Source: an uncultured euryarchaeote
GTDB lineage: Archaea > Thermoplasmatota > Poseidoniia > Poseidoniales > Thalassarchaeaceae
Length of the DNA stretch: 64,000 nucleotides
Direction of reading: 5' to 3'
Assembly: GCA_937911265.1 (NCBI GenBank)
Contig: CALDRG010000057.1
Coordinates: 19,025 to 83,024 of the forward strand
In this document: positions 19,714 to 29,438 of the stretch, one piece after another
How positions within the stretch are numbered: the stretch's first letter is position 1
Layout: every line of letters starts with the position of its first letter
Translations under genes and position numbers: made by a program
Notes under the pieces: model-generated
The model's input: only the letters and a program-made list of their open reading frames with translations
The model's database searches: none
What the model was told of the DNA's origin: nothing

Positions 19714-21840
19714 TCAGTTGTACACCATCGGCAGGAAGGCGTTTGCCGCGGTCTCGCATGCATTGGATACATCGTCGAGACGTTGTAGGACTCGGTACAT
19801 GTGTACAGCAGCCAGTGGATCGTCCCCGCCGATGCTGAACACGAACCCAGCGGCCCGACTCTCGACCAAGTCAGACTCGTGCTCAGCCAGATTGACATCG
19901 TCAATCAGTCCTCCAAGCTTCTCTCGGCCGGCCCTAGTGTATCCGGAAAGCGTCAAGTCACGCAGCGCTTCGACAGTGTCCTCGTAGGTAGCCGCGGTCT
20001 TGGCGACTGCTTGTGCCATTTCCTTGAGCAGGGTTTTGGCCTCCGCATTGTCGTAGAGAGGTCTGAAGGAGAGTTGTTCGGCGACGTTTTGGGCATAGTC
20101 GGCAATGCGATCTTGACGAGCTAACATGTGGTAGAAATCATCAGACCTCATCAGCAGATTCCACTTGCCTGAACCGACCCTCCTTCTCAAATCATTCTTC
20201 ACATTGTCAGCGTTCAATTCAGCCGATATTGTCGCCTCGATGGCTTCACTCGGATCCTTTCCGTCCGCTGCGTTGTTCACTGCTTCCAGCATATGGTTGA
20301 CCGTGTCCTCGACAGCCACGGCGTGTGTATGGAACAACTCGAAGTAGGTTGAAGCCCCCTTCTCTATATCGCCTCCTGCATCGGCCAAGGCGTCATCGAC
20401 AAACACCTCTCCATCGCGAGTGGACCAAATCACATAGAGCACCATAGCGAGTGTGATGGGTATTACAATGAGCATCTTGATGGGATCCGAGCTGATGGCT
20501 ACGTAGATCACTATTGAACCAAATCCTGCAGCCGGAAGACTCGCCAGCCAGGAGGCGATAATCTTGCCGAAGACCCTGAAGTCGACGGCCTTTGCACCCC
20601 CTGCTAGCCCTACCCCCACTACTGCGCCTACGAGAGTGTGGGTGGTGGAGACGGGGACAGCGAGGAAGGGCATGGAGAAGATCAAGACAGTCGTTGCAGC
20701 ACCAAATGTCGCTGCGAAGCCACGAGTAGGTGTGATGTCAGTGATCTTTCTTCCTATCGTTTCCATCACTCTCCATCCCCAGGTGACCACACCGACGGCT
20801 ATCCCGACGCTTCCCAGAAGAACGAGCCAAGTCGGTACATCAGCCACTGCTTCAATTTGCCCACCGGTCGAAAGAACTTGGTAAACAGCGGCCATAGGGC
20901 CTATGGCATTGGATCGGTCATTTGCTCCGTGAGCGAAGGCGACGTAGGCAGCGGCGATGACTTGCAACCAGACAAATATCCTCTCGACACCATGAAAACC
21001 CTCCTTCTCTCCCTTGAAGTCGTAGTTTCTCAGGATGTAGGCCAGAGCCACTGCAGCGATGATAGAAACTATTCCTGCTAGGATGAGGCTGTTGATTGGG
21101 AACCATGCATTATCCATCATCGGGTTCCAAGAACCATTCTCCTTGACTGGCAACCAGTCGTACTTGTTCTCAATCCAGTCATTATCCTGGGCCTTTGCGA
21201 AGAAACCCTTCAGAGCTTTGAACTGCAGTGCGAGGCCAAGCACGAAGAACGTAGGGATAGAAAGTATCGGGGCCATCCAGCGCGCGCGCGCTTCAGGATC
21301 AGATGTATCGAGAATAGTCTCTCTGATGACCCAGAAGGTGAAGAATGCGAATAGGCCCCCCATCACTGGGCTAGCAACCCATGACATAGCGACCTTCTCG
21401 ACCACCGCCCAGTCGATGAGGGAGGTTTCATGCTGAACCTCCATGACTAACCCGACACCGACGATTCCACCGATGATACTGTGAGTAGTCGAAACCGGTA
21501 GTCCGTATCTCGTGGCAATAGTTAGCCAGGCCGCCGCTGCCATCATGGCAGCGATGAAGCCATACATTAGGTCATTCGAAATCGCGTCAACTAGGGCCTG
21601 ATTGTCGAAATCAACAACTAAGATTCCCTTGCGAACTGTGTCTGTAACTGCATCTCCAGCAAAAAAAGCACCTATGAACTCAAAGATGGCAGCGATGATT
21701 ACTGCTTGCTTAAGCGTCAGCGCGCGAGAGCCGACAGATGTTCCCATCGCATTCGCGACATCGTTGGCACCGATATTCCACGCAAGATATGCGCAAACCA
21801 AAATCGTGACGAACAGAACGAGCCCCATCAGAGGTTCCAT
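19714..21840 (-). CDS. PiT-family inorganic phosphate transporter fused to a C-terminal DUF47/PhoU-like domain
   Basis: Two PiT signatures (IGANDVANAMG; AHGANDRSNAIG) and PVSTTH; C-terminal helical domain with ELNADNVK, EHESDLVE, RLDDVSNACE. Confidence 0.92.
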   Translation of the reverse strand: MEPLMGLVLFVTILVCAYLAWNIGANDVANAMGTSVGSRALTLKQAVIIAAIFEFIGAFFAGDAVTDTVRKGILVVDFDNQALVDAISNDLMYGFIAAMMAAAAWLTIATRYGLPVSTTHSIIGGIVGVGLVMEVQHETSLIDWAVVEKVAMSWVASPVMGGLFAFFTFWVIRETILDTSDPEARARWMAPILSIPTFFVLGLALQFKALKGFFAKAQDNDWIENKYDWLPVKENGSWNPMMDNAWFPINSLILAGIVSIIAAVALAYILRNYDFKGEKEGFHGVERIFVWLQVIAAAYVAFAHGANDRSNAIGPMAAVYQVLSTGGQIEAVADVPTWLVLLGSVGIAVGVVTWGWRVMETIGRKITDITPTRGFAATFGAATTVLIFSMPFLAVPVSTTHTLVGAVVGVGLAGGAKAVDFRVFGKIIASWLASLPAAGFGSIVIYVAISSDPIKMLIVIPITLAMVLYVIWSTRDGEVFVDDALADAGGDIEKGASTYFELFHTHAVAVEDTVNHMLEAVNNAADGKDPSEAIEATISAELNADNVKNDLRRRVGSGKWNLLMRSDDFYHMLARQDRIADYAQNVAEQLSFRPLYDNAEAKTLLKEMAQAVAKTAATYEDTVEALRDLTLSGYTRAGREKLGGLIDDVNLAEHESDLVESRAAGFVFSIGGDDPLAAVHMYRVLQRLDDVSNACETAANAFLPMVYN

Positions 21841-21877
21841 TGATTCGCGCGCATCGCTGATGGTACTTGACTTCTGC

Positions 21878-23323
21878 TCATAGCAAACCTACTACGATTT
21901 CGGGTTGTGTCAGATAGACTAGCAGACCAATTCCAGCGAACATCATCATCCACGCACCAGTGGCCTTGACTATCCCTGTAGAGCGTCGCAGGAAGTCGAG
22001 CATCGACTGCCGACCGAGGCTGACTAGAACTGTCACGGTTATCATCAGCATAGTGACGGAAAGAATGAGTCCCGCCATCCCGAACGCGAAGGCACCGTTG
22101 CCGACTACAGCGAGCCAAGCGACGAACGGGAAGACCGCCGCAGCGGTGCAATCTACCGAGGCCGCACTGTAGCCTATGCCCCACAGGTACATGTTGCGTC
22201 TAGGTGTGAATTGCTCATCCATCTCCGTGGTCTGATAGCGGTCGAGCACACCTTGGACCCAGTTCAGCAAGTGCGAGGTCCAGCCGAGCAACATGAGTAC
22301 TCCGAGGATTACCAACAGCAATGCGATACCAATCGCGATGTCATGTAGCACTCCCGAGAGATCAATGATCCCGTCAAGTCCGAAGATGACAGCTCCGACC
22401 GCACCAAAGAAGGTCAATTGACCCAGAGCAGCATAGCCACCGACCTCGAAGGGCTTGGGCATGCTGCCAGAGAGTTTGCCAGCTTCTTGCAGTTCGTCCT
22501 CTCTCATCCCGAGGTTGAGGTAGTAAGCGATGAAAGAGGGGAGCACTGGGAAGGCACAAGGAGAGAAGTAGACCAGTACGCCCAAGAACAGGCCAATCAC
22601 GAAGACTCCGGAGAGTGATCGATCTGCCTTCTCAATGCCGAATCGGAGACTATCAGCTTCGCCAGCATTTGCGTTTGCAACAGCCGAATCGAAGGACGAC
22701 CATCCATCGAGAGGTGTCCCGGTATTCTCTTTGGCGACGACGTACCCTTCATGGTCGACCACAATCACCAGCGGGATGGCTTGGGCAGAGTAGTACTCGA
22801 CTAGATCGCCTGTGGCGCCATCTTCGAGAATCACGACATCAGTACCACCGTTGGCGACCGGCCACGGCATGTGCTTGTCGGAGCCCGACTCCCCAAAGGT
22901 CGCATTGATGTCTTCGAAAGTCTCGTAGCCATACCAGGATCCAATTGACAGGACCAATACCTCGTATGGCCCTTCGAGTGTCTGCCAATTCTCGAGATTA
23001 TGGTCTATATGTGTCTGGACGTAGTGGCAATTCGAGCAGTCCACTGCCATGAAGTCCAGAATGACCACACTTCCGCGTAGGTCGGACAGACGAATCATCC
23101 CCGAATCGTCGGCGATGACGTCATCGATTCCAGTCCTGTTCATCGTAGCGACTTCGAAGTCAGGCACCAGTTCGATGTCGTCGGATACCCCATACGCAGA
23201 TGCTGAGAGACCGAATAGTGCCAAGGACGAATATCCTATGATGCAAAACAAGACTGCGCCAACACCGAATGCTCGCCAAGTCTCTTTCTGGCGCAGAACA
23301 TCGAAGTCTAAGCCTGCTACCAT
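21878..23323 (-). CDS. Thioredoxin-like domain fused to CcdA/DsbD-beta transmembrane domain
   Basis: VILDFMAVDCSNC in the N-terminal soluble domain; FSPCAFPVLP and SVDCTAAAVFP cysteines in the TM domain. Confidence 0.82.
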   Translation of the reverse strand: MVAGLDFDVLRQKETWRAFGVGAVLFCIIGYSSLALFGLSASAYGVSDDIELVPDFEVATMNRTGIDDVIADDSGMIRLSDLRGSVVILDFMAVDCSNCHYVQTHIDHNLENWQTLEGPYEVLVLSIGSWYGYETFEDINATFGESGSDKHMPWPVANGGTDVVILEDGATGDLVEYYSAQAIPLVIVVDHEGYVVAKENTGTPLDGWSSFDSAVANANAGEADSLRFGIEKADRSLSGVFVIGLFLGVLVYFSPCAFPVLPSFIAYYLNLGMREDELQEAGKLSGSMPKPFEVGGYAALGQLTFFGAVGAVIFGLDGIIDLSGVLHDIAIGIALLLVILGVLMLLGWTSHLLNWVQGVLDRYQTTEMDEQFTPRRNMYLWGIGYSAASVDCTAAAVFPFVAWLAVVGNGAFAFGMAGLILSVTMLMITVTVLVSLGRQSMLDFLRRSTGIVKATGAWMMMFAGIGLLVYLTQPEIVVGLL

Positions 23324-23422
23324 GGAATGCCGAATTAGGGTCGACTTTTGATTCCGGCGGGAGTTGTGCTCTCGAGACGAGTCATCACGCTTATTGCCAA
23401 CTCATGGTCGGATGTGGAGCGC

Positions 23423-23498
23423 GGGCTCGTGGTCTAGGGGTTATGACGTCGCCTTCACATGGCGAAGATCGCAGGTTCAATTCCTGCCGAGCCCACCA
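23423..23498 (+). tRNA. tRNA-Val (CAC)
   Basis: Acceptor GGGCTCG/CGAGCCC, anticodon arm TCGCC-TT-CAC-AT-GGCGA, GTTCAAT T-loop, encoded CCA. Confidence 0.96.
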
Positions 23499-24203
23499 TC
23501 ATCCTATGAGCTCATCGAGCAACGACGATGCGCCAATTCTCAGTCTCTCAGGTCCCTCGATGCTCGGGTCCTCAGAGTTGACCAGTCCGAGCAGGCGATC
23601 TACGTCTCCAAGGGTGCTTATCCCTCCAGACAGCTTGACTCCCGGATGGCTACCCATGGTGATGCCATGCCTCATGACCTCGAATGCCAGAATCTCTGCC
23701 GCCTCGTCGCTACACCCTCCTCGCTTACCTGTACAGCTCTTGACGAAATCAGCTCCTGCTGCCAGCGTCATCCTCGCAGAGGCGCGCATACTGCGCTCAT
23801 TGAGCAAAGGAGTCTCGATGATGACCTTTAGAACACAGCCGGCTGAAGCCTCGCGCATAGCAATCAACATTGCCAGTTCAGACTCTCCAGGAAAGTCCTC
23901 ACCCTCACGCGGCTCTAGGACGCAATCAATCTCGTCCGCCCCGGCCTGTACTGCTGCACGGATGGCCTCAGACACAGCAGAGGGATTACTTTCTCCGACA
24001 GGGAAACCAGCGGCTACAGCAGCCACAGATATTCCTCTGTCCAACCGACTCTTGACATAAGCGACGTGCTCAGCGAAGACGCAAATTGCCGCAGGGCGGT
24101 ACTCATTTGCCTTTTGACATAGCATATCGAGGTCAGCTTCGCTGGCATCATGGTCGAGCAGTGTGAGGTCAAGTAGATCGAGCACGCCTCTCGCGTTCAT
24201 CAT
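23499..24203 (-). CDS. deoC: Deoxyribose-phosphate aldolase
   Basis: LLDLTLL, AGFPVG, GADEIDCV, LKVIIETPLL, DFVKSCTG (Schiff-base Lys), GVKLSGGI, LRIGASS. Confidence 0.92.
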   Translation of the reverse strand: MMNARGVLDLLDLTLLDHDASEADLDMLCQKANEYRPAAICVFAEHVAYVKSRLDRGISVAAVAAGFPVGESNPSAVSEAIRAAVQAGADEIDCVLEPREGEDFPGESELAMLIAMREASAGCVLKVIIETPLLNERSMRASARMTLAAGADFVKSCTGKRGGCSDEAAEILAFEVMRHGITMGSHPGVKLSGGISTLGDVDRLLGLVNSEDPSIEGPERLRIGASSLLDELIG

Positions 24204-24208
24204 ATCAC

Positions 24209-25300
24209 TCAGCCATGCTGCGACTCGAAGTCACGCATGAAACCAACTAGTGCCACGACGCTCTCAATCGGGCATCCATTGTACATGCTGGCACGTATGC
24301 CACCGATGCTTTGATGCCCCTTTAGTCCGCCAAATCCTGCTGCCGTGGCCGCCGCTAGGAAGACTCCCTCGAGATCCTCATCGGCCAGACGCCATGTGAC
24401 ATTCATCACCGAGCGCGAACCGCCATGCGCATGCGGGCGCCAGAAATCACTCCGGTCAAGCTCTCCGTAGAGGAGAGCAGCCTTGGCGCGGTTTCGCTCG
24501 ATGGCGCCATCGAGTCCACCGTTGCGCTCAATCCAGGCGAAAACCCGGCCGAGTACGTAGATGCCGAAGGTGTTGGGAGTGTTGAACATCGAACCCTTGG
24601 AGACGTGAGTATGGTAGTCGAGCATCGTAGGGATGCCCTGCTTGGCCTGGGTCAATGCCCACGGCGAGAGGATTACCAGAGTCACGCCGCTTGGACCGAG
24701 GTTTTTCTGCGCGCCTGCGTAGATGATATCGTGAGCGGAGATATCAATTGGAACACCGCAAATGTCCGAGCTGGCATCGACCACCCTTGGTTTTCCTCCA
24801 CTGTCGGGAAGATGGTGGAACTGGGTGCCGTACAGGGTGTTGTTAGAGGTATAGTGGATGTAGGACGCATCCTCGCGAATCGTGTAGTCTCCATCCTGCG
24901 GAACTGATTTGAAACCGTTCTCAGAGTCGTCCCAAACTGCAAATGCATCGCCTACTCCGCTGGCCTCCTTGAGGGCCTTCTGCGACCAGCCACCAGTGAC
25001 TAGGAAATCCGCCTTACCCCCCTTTCCGAGTAGATTCAGGGCAGTCATGTAGAATTGAGTTGAGGCACCTCCCTGCAGGAACAGCACCTCGTAGTCATCT
25101 GGAACAGATAGGACTCTCCTGATTCGTTCCACAACCGAGTTGATTATGCCCTGGAAAGTCGGACTGCGATGAGACGTCTCAAGTAGCCCGAAACCACTCT
25201 CGTCGAGGTTGGGCAGCGCCGCCGCGACCTCCTCAACTACTTCCAGCGGCAGTACAGCCGGTCCGGCGCCGAAGTTGTGGATGCGACCGGCAGGTTGCAC
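24209..25300 (-). CDS. serC: Phosphoserine aminotransferase, bacterial type
   Basis: HNFGAGPAVLP, SHRS, FLQGGAS, SNNTLYGTQ, AGAQKNLGP, NTP, RSVMNV, GIRASMYN; GTG start at 25300. Confidence 0.96.
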   Translation of the reverse strand: MQPAGRIHNFGAGPAVLPLEVVEEVAAALPNLDESGFGLLETSHRSPTFQGIINSVVERIRRVLSVPDDYEVLFLQGGASTQFYMTALNLLGKGGKADFLVTGGWSQKALKEASGVGDAFAVWDDSENGFKSVPQDGDYTIREDASYIHYTSNNTLYGTQFHHLPDSGGKPRVVDASSDICGVPIDISAHDIIYAGAQKNLGPSGVTLVILSPWALTQAKQGIPTMLDYHTHVSKGSMFNTPNTFGIYVLGRVFAWIERNGGLDGAIERNRAKAALLYGELDRSDFWRPHAHGGSRSVMNVTWRLADEDLEGVFLAAATAAGFGGLKGHQSIGGIRASMYNGCPIESVVALVGFMRDFESQHG

Positions 25301-25363
25301 GCTCCGATGCGCCCGCTTCCGGCCTTTCAGCCCATCGGAGCCTACGATAGGGTTCATTTTCGG

Positions 25364-25984
25364 ATGGCCGGACGGACAGCCGTGCTTCGCATAGGCCTCG
25401 TCATGCTGCAAGGCGCCCGCCACGTCCACATTGCAGCGCTCCAGCGGGCCGCCGAAGAGTGCAATATTGAGATTGAAGTCCACGAGCTACGCAAGGCCTC
25501 CGATTTGGCCGCAGCAGATCCTCACGCCATCGTGCTGCCAGGGGGGGAGTCGACGACCATGCGACTGACTGGGAACCACGAGGCATCAGGACTCCTGCCC
25601 GCTCTATTCGAATGGATTCGTTCCGACTCATCGCTCCCTGTGCTTGGCACCTGCGCGGGTGCGATTCTACTGGCCGATCCGCAGGATGGTGGCAATCCAC
25701 TAATCGGCGCAAACATCGATCGTAACGCGTACGGCCGACAGTCTGACTCATTCCAGAGTCCATTAAAGGCCACTATCCTAGGGCGCGATTTCCCCGGTGT
25801 GTTCATCCGGGCACCTCGGTTCGCATCGCACAGTGAGTCCTCATCTGTGGCTGCACTGCACGGAGAGGAGGTGGTTGGAGTGAGGACCGGTAACAGACTC
25901 GCCCTGACCTTCCACCCTGAACTCTCATCTGACACAGGCTTCCACCGCTGGTTGCTTGAGACCGCGACAGGTGCTGCGACATGA
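25364..25984 (+). CDS. pdxT: Pyridoxal 5'-phosphate synthase glutaminase subunit
   Basis: LQG, LPGGESTT, GTCAG, RNAYGRQ, VFIRAP, TFHPEL; start moved to 25364. Confidence 0.95.
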   Translation: MAGRTAVLRIGLVMLQGARHVHIAALQRAAEECNIEIEVHELRKASDLAAADPHAIVLPGGESTTMRLTGNHEASGLLPALFEWIRSDSSLPVLGTCAGAILLADPQDGGNPLIGANIDRNAYGRQSDSFQSPLKATILGRDFPGVFIRAPRFASHSESSSVAALHGEEVVGVRTGNRLALTFHPELSSDTGFHRWLLETATGAAT

Positions 25985-27123
25985 GCATCATAGTTGGCTT
26001 GCCACAGGTGCCCGAGTTGCATGAACCTCCCGAGGAGGCTGACACAGAGGGGTGCATACAGTGCCAGATGGGCAGCAAACTGGTGTTGTTCATCACAGGT
26101 AACTGTCACTGGCGCTGTGATTACTGCCCGCTCTCCGAGACCCGACGCGACATCGATCACATGTTCGCTAACGAGCGGCGATGCGAGAGTTTCGATGAGG
26201 TAATCGAGGAGGCGAGGGCTATGCGTGCCACAGGCGCAGGAATTACCGGTGGTGACCCACTGATGGCACGCGAGAGGACACTTGAGGGAATTAGGCGTCT
26301 GAAGGCCGAGTTCGGCACGGATTTCCACCTACACATGTACACCAGCATCCCATTCCGTCCGGAGTGGGCGTCTGAGTTCGCCGAGGCGGGCCTCGATGAG
26401 ATACGCTTCCACTTCCTCGACCTTGAAGCCGAGCAGTACCGTGAAACCATAGCAGCCTGCTCTTCTGCCAGTATCCTCACCGGCGTCGAACTGCCATGCG
26501 AGCCTGACAAGGAATCCGAACTGCTAGAACTGTTGGAGGCCCTACGGGACTTCGATGTAGACTTCATCAATCTCAACGAACTTGAAATCACCGTCGGTAA
26601 CATCGACAACATGGAGTTGCGCGGATTTAACCTGTCAACTGAGATAACCGCTGGCGCTGCTGGTTCAGCCGAACTGGCGCATATACTGCGTAATCGCGTA
26701 AATGCCGCTGCGAGTGGCCTCCCTGACCCAATCGATGGAGAGACGCGAGACCCGTATGGCTACCACCTGAAGTTCTGCACCGCCGTTTACAAGGACGCCG
26801 GGCAGTTGAGAAGGAGGTTCCAGCGTCGTGGCGAAGCGACCATAGCACCTCACGAGACGCTGACTGAGGACTCAACACTGATGTTCGGTGCCATATACGC
26901 TACCGAGGGAGATCAGGAATCGTGGACAGAGGAGATAGCCGAGCAGACCGACCTACCGCACAGGTTCATGCTGTGGGACCCCGATAACCAGCGCATTGAA
27001 ATCCCACTCGTCGTGGCTGAGTTGATAGCCGAGCACGTCGACACTCCAGTCGCCATGGTGGAAGTCACACCGACCTTCGAGAGAATGGAGGTTACGGTGG
27101 TTTGGCTCAATGACAATAGATAG
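25981..27123 (+). CDS. Radical SAM protein (archaeal, function unknown)
   Basis: CHWRCDYC CxxxCxxC motif, GITGGDPL, extra N-terminal CIQC; 4-bp overlap with pdxT. Confidence 0.9.
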   Translation: MSIIVGLPQVPELHEPPEEADTEGCIQCQMGSKLVLFITGNCHWRCDYCPLSETRRDIDHMFANERRCESFDEVIEEARAMRATGAGITGGDPLMARERTLEGIRRLKAEFGTDFHLHMYTSIPFRPEWASEFAEAGLDEIRFHFLDLEAEQYRETIAACSSASILTGVELPCEPDKESELLELLEALRDFDVDFINLNELEITVGNIDNMELRGFNLSTEITAGAAGSAELAHILRNRVNAAASGLPDPIDGETRDPYGYHLKFCTAVYKDAGQLRRRFQRRGEATIAPHETLTEDSTLMFGAIYATEGDQESWTEEIAEQTDLPHRFMLWDPDNQRIEIPLVVAELIAEHVDTPVAMVEVTPTFERMEVTVVWLNDNR

Positions 27124-27173
27124 AGCAAGCCCTTCTCGTTGGGTTCATAGAGCCTCGACTTTCGTTACCAGTC

Positions 27174-29015
27174 ATGCCGGTTAGAATCGGAGACCCTCAG
27201 GCCGTTGGAGTCAATCCGTACCGCAGGCTCTCAGCCTCTCAGGTCATCACTTGGAAGTCCTGCAACAGGCTCTGGTACTACACCTACATAGAGCGGTTGA
27301 AGAGCCCCCTGCCTCCTCAGATTATCCGCGGTAACGCTGCAGAGGAATGCGTCTGTCGCGTTCTCAGGGACTCCCCAGTTCTAGTTTCAGCCGACTCAGC
27401 CGACGAAATGACATCCCCTTTGCTCGATGACGGCTCACTTGACTATGACAATCAGAATGCATGGCCCTGCCCTGCCATGTTCGAGTTGCCCGGAGAGCAG
27501 TGGCCCACCGATAGACAGTCCCTCGAGGCTTGGGCACTGGCCCGGGTCGAGGTTCACTTCGATGTCTGCTGGGAGGCGGCCGTCGCAGATTGGAAATCAT
27601 CTCCCAACCACTCCGGCTCGGTTACTGATGCCGATCCCGAAGAAGCTCTTGAGATGACACGGGCTGGCATCAGGATGCACCTCGACCAGGTCGAAGCCTG
27701 CTTAGAGGTCGGAGGTGGTCCAAGGTTCACGCAGTGGCGCGCAGGTGGAATCAGGGGTCATTGGCCTGCCCCAGATGGCTTCCCACGGGCTTGGATTGAG
27801 AGGCACCCTGCCGCAATCGACTCGGGAGACATCACTTGGTGTGAGGCGTGGGAGGTAGCCCGGCCGTGGTTTGTTGATCCTGATGCTGGGCAATGGAAGC
27901 AGACCACTTCACATCCTGAAGAGTGGTTCCAGGGGGAGTACGACATGGTGTACGATTGGACAGGAGCCATCCGGATTATTGACCTCAAGGCTTCGATAGG
28001 AAGGGGCGACCGCTCAGGTGGCTATATCGATCAACTGCGCCTGTACTGCTGGCTGTGGTGGGAGACTCATGGAAGGGCTGATGAGGTCGAGGCGCTGGAG
28101 ATCTGGTATCTCGGAACCGGTTCAATCAAGGATGTCCCTAGGCCGAATCCGGAGGAAATGCAGACTCTCAGCGAGGAGCTCGAGGAATTGTATCAGACTA
28201 TCCACGCTCGTAATCCCTCGATTGATGAGTGCCAGCCCGACCCGGCACCACTGCGATACTTCGATGAGGGAGGTGTGCCTTCCAAGACGCCAGTCGACCC
28301 TGACCCGAGAGCCCGTTGCAAACGCTGTCAGTTGCGAGGTGTATGTGAGGGCAGCAATCACGAACTTGAACTCCCCCTTGAGCGCAGCATAGAGCGCTTC
28401 GGCCACCGCTGGCCCGTCACCCCACTCGGAGAGATAGTGACCCGTGTAAAAGTCGTCGGAGAAGTCTCAGGTTTGCGCGGACCTAACCTAGCAGCCGACG
28501 GCTCAGTAGAACTCTCTTTCATGTTACAGGAGGGCTACGATCGCGCCAAGGTCCAAACCTCTCGCTACGGCACCCCGCGGGAGGTGACCCGCTCAATTAC
28601 CAACGGCAGCAGGGTACGCATCGAGAACGCTATAGCATCAGTGTGGAAGGGCGAAGTCGTTCTTGACCTCGACGATAAGACCTCAGTCGCAATCACAGAC
28701 GAGTCCGACTCCGCTCCCATCGTGGACATAGAGATCAAAATCAATGCTATTGGCAGGGTTTGGTCGATAAACGCATTCCCGGATGGAGCAGGGGTGACTA
28801 GGTGGTCGGTAACGATGATGGATCAGACAGGCTCTGTCGGGGTGGTGGCGTTCAGGCAGTTCATCCCCCTAGCTGCAGCAGGGGTGGCGAGGGGTGATGA
28901 GATAGCGGTGTTGAATGGAGAGATTGGTGAATTCAATGGGCAGCCGCAGGTCAGGATTGGCCCCGGTGGACGGCTCGTCATACTCCGAAAAGCCTCCGAA
29001 GTTCCAGATTTCTAG
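27174..29015 (+). CDS. PD-(D/E)XK nuclease of the AddB/Cas4-like Fe-S type fused to C-terminal OB folds
   Basis: LSASQVITWKSC, QGEYD, IIDLKAS, QLRLY, CKRCQLRGVC; C-terminal RPA-like strands (DQTGSVGVVAF, GDEIAVLNG). Confidence 0.8.
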   Translation: MPVRIGDPQAVGVNPYRRLSASQVITWKSCNRLWYYTYIERLKSPLPPQIIRGNAAEECVCRVLRDSPVLVSADSADEMTSPLLDDGSLDYDNQNAWPCPAMFELPGEQWPTDRQSLEAWALARVEVHFDVCWEAAVADWKSSPNHSGSVTDADPEEALEMTRAGIRMHLDQVEACLEVGGGPRFTQWRAGGIRGHWPAPDGFPRAWIERHPAAIDSGDITWCEAWEVARPWFVDPDAGQWKQTTSHPEEWFQGEYDMVYDWTGAIRIIDLKASIGRGDRSGGYIDQLRLYCWLWWETHGRADEVEALEIWYLGTGSIKDVPRPNPEEMQTLSEELEELYQTIHARNPSIDECQPDPAPLRYFDEGGVPSKTPVDPDPRARCKRCQLRGVCEGSNHELELPLERSIERFGHRWPVTPLGEIVTRVKVVGEVSGLRGPNLAADGSVELSFMLQEGYDRAKVQTSRYGTPREVTRSITNGSRVRIENAIASVWKGEVVLDLDDKTSVAITDESDSAPIVDIEIKINAIGRVWSINAFPDGAGVTRWSVTMMDQTGSVGVVAFRQFIPLAAAGVARGDEIAVLNGEIGEFNGQPQVRIGPGGRLVILRKASEVPDF

Positions 29016-29101
29016 TGGCGCCGAGAGAGGGATTTGAACCCCCGCGTCCAATGGACAGTGGATTTCGAATCCACCGCAATACCGGGCTATGCGATCTCGG
29101 C
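29016..29101 (-). tRNA. tRNA-Ser (CGA)
   Basis: Acceptor GCCGAGA/TCTCGGC, anticodon arm GTGGA-TT-CGA-AA-TCCAC, long variable arm, encoded CCA. Confidence 0.95.
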
Positions 29102-29134
29102 AGCGGTCCGGCCACCTACGGATTAGAGATAAGC

Positions 29135-29356
29135 ATGACCCGACACGCAAGGGTTGTGCGAATCGAGGTCAGCCACGACGGAGAAGTACTCCCGATCGAA
29201 TCCGAGGGACCTATCACAATATCGGAGTTACTTGAGAAACTAGGCATACCATCGTCTACCGTTCTCGCGGTTCACGGTGATACAATAGTACCTCACACAT
29301 CTCGAATAGAGTCCGATGTCAGTCTGGAGTTGATTGTGGTCTCATCCGGCGGTTGA
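29135..29356 (+). CDS. ThiS/MoaD-family ubiquitin-like protein (SAMP2-like)
   Basis: 73 aa beta-grasp pattern (TISELLEKLGI), C-terminal VVSSGG. Confidence 0.85.
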   Translation: MTRHARVVRIEVSHDGEVLPIESEGPITISELLEKLGIPSSTVLAVHGDTIVPHTSRIESDVSLELIVVSSGG

Positions 29357-29438
29357 AATAATCCAGTCGCTTATTGCATAATAGAAAATCACCCTATCCA
29401 ATGAATCGTATTTTACGTTCGTCGCCTAACGACTGGAT

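Noticed and set aside
24209-25483. Apparent 200-bp head-to-head overlap of serC and pdxT
   Set aside because: It disappears when starts are placed at the conserved N-termini (25300 and 25364).
27174-29015. Cas4-like gene as evidence of a CRISPR-Cas locus
   Set aside because: No cas1, cas2 or effector genes and no repeat-spacer array seen anywhere in the window.
29015-29134. N-terminal extension of the ThiS-like ORF
   Set aside because: It is the antisense reading of tRNA-Ser; the real start is ATG 29135. The ORFs at 50242-50496 and 59329-59829 are similar tRNA or CDS shadows.
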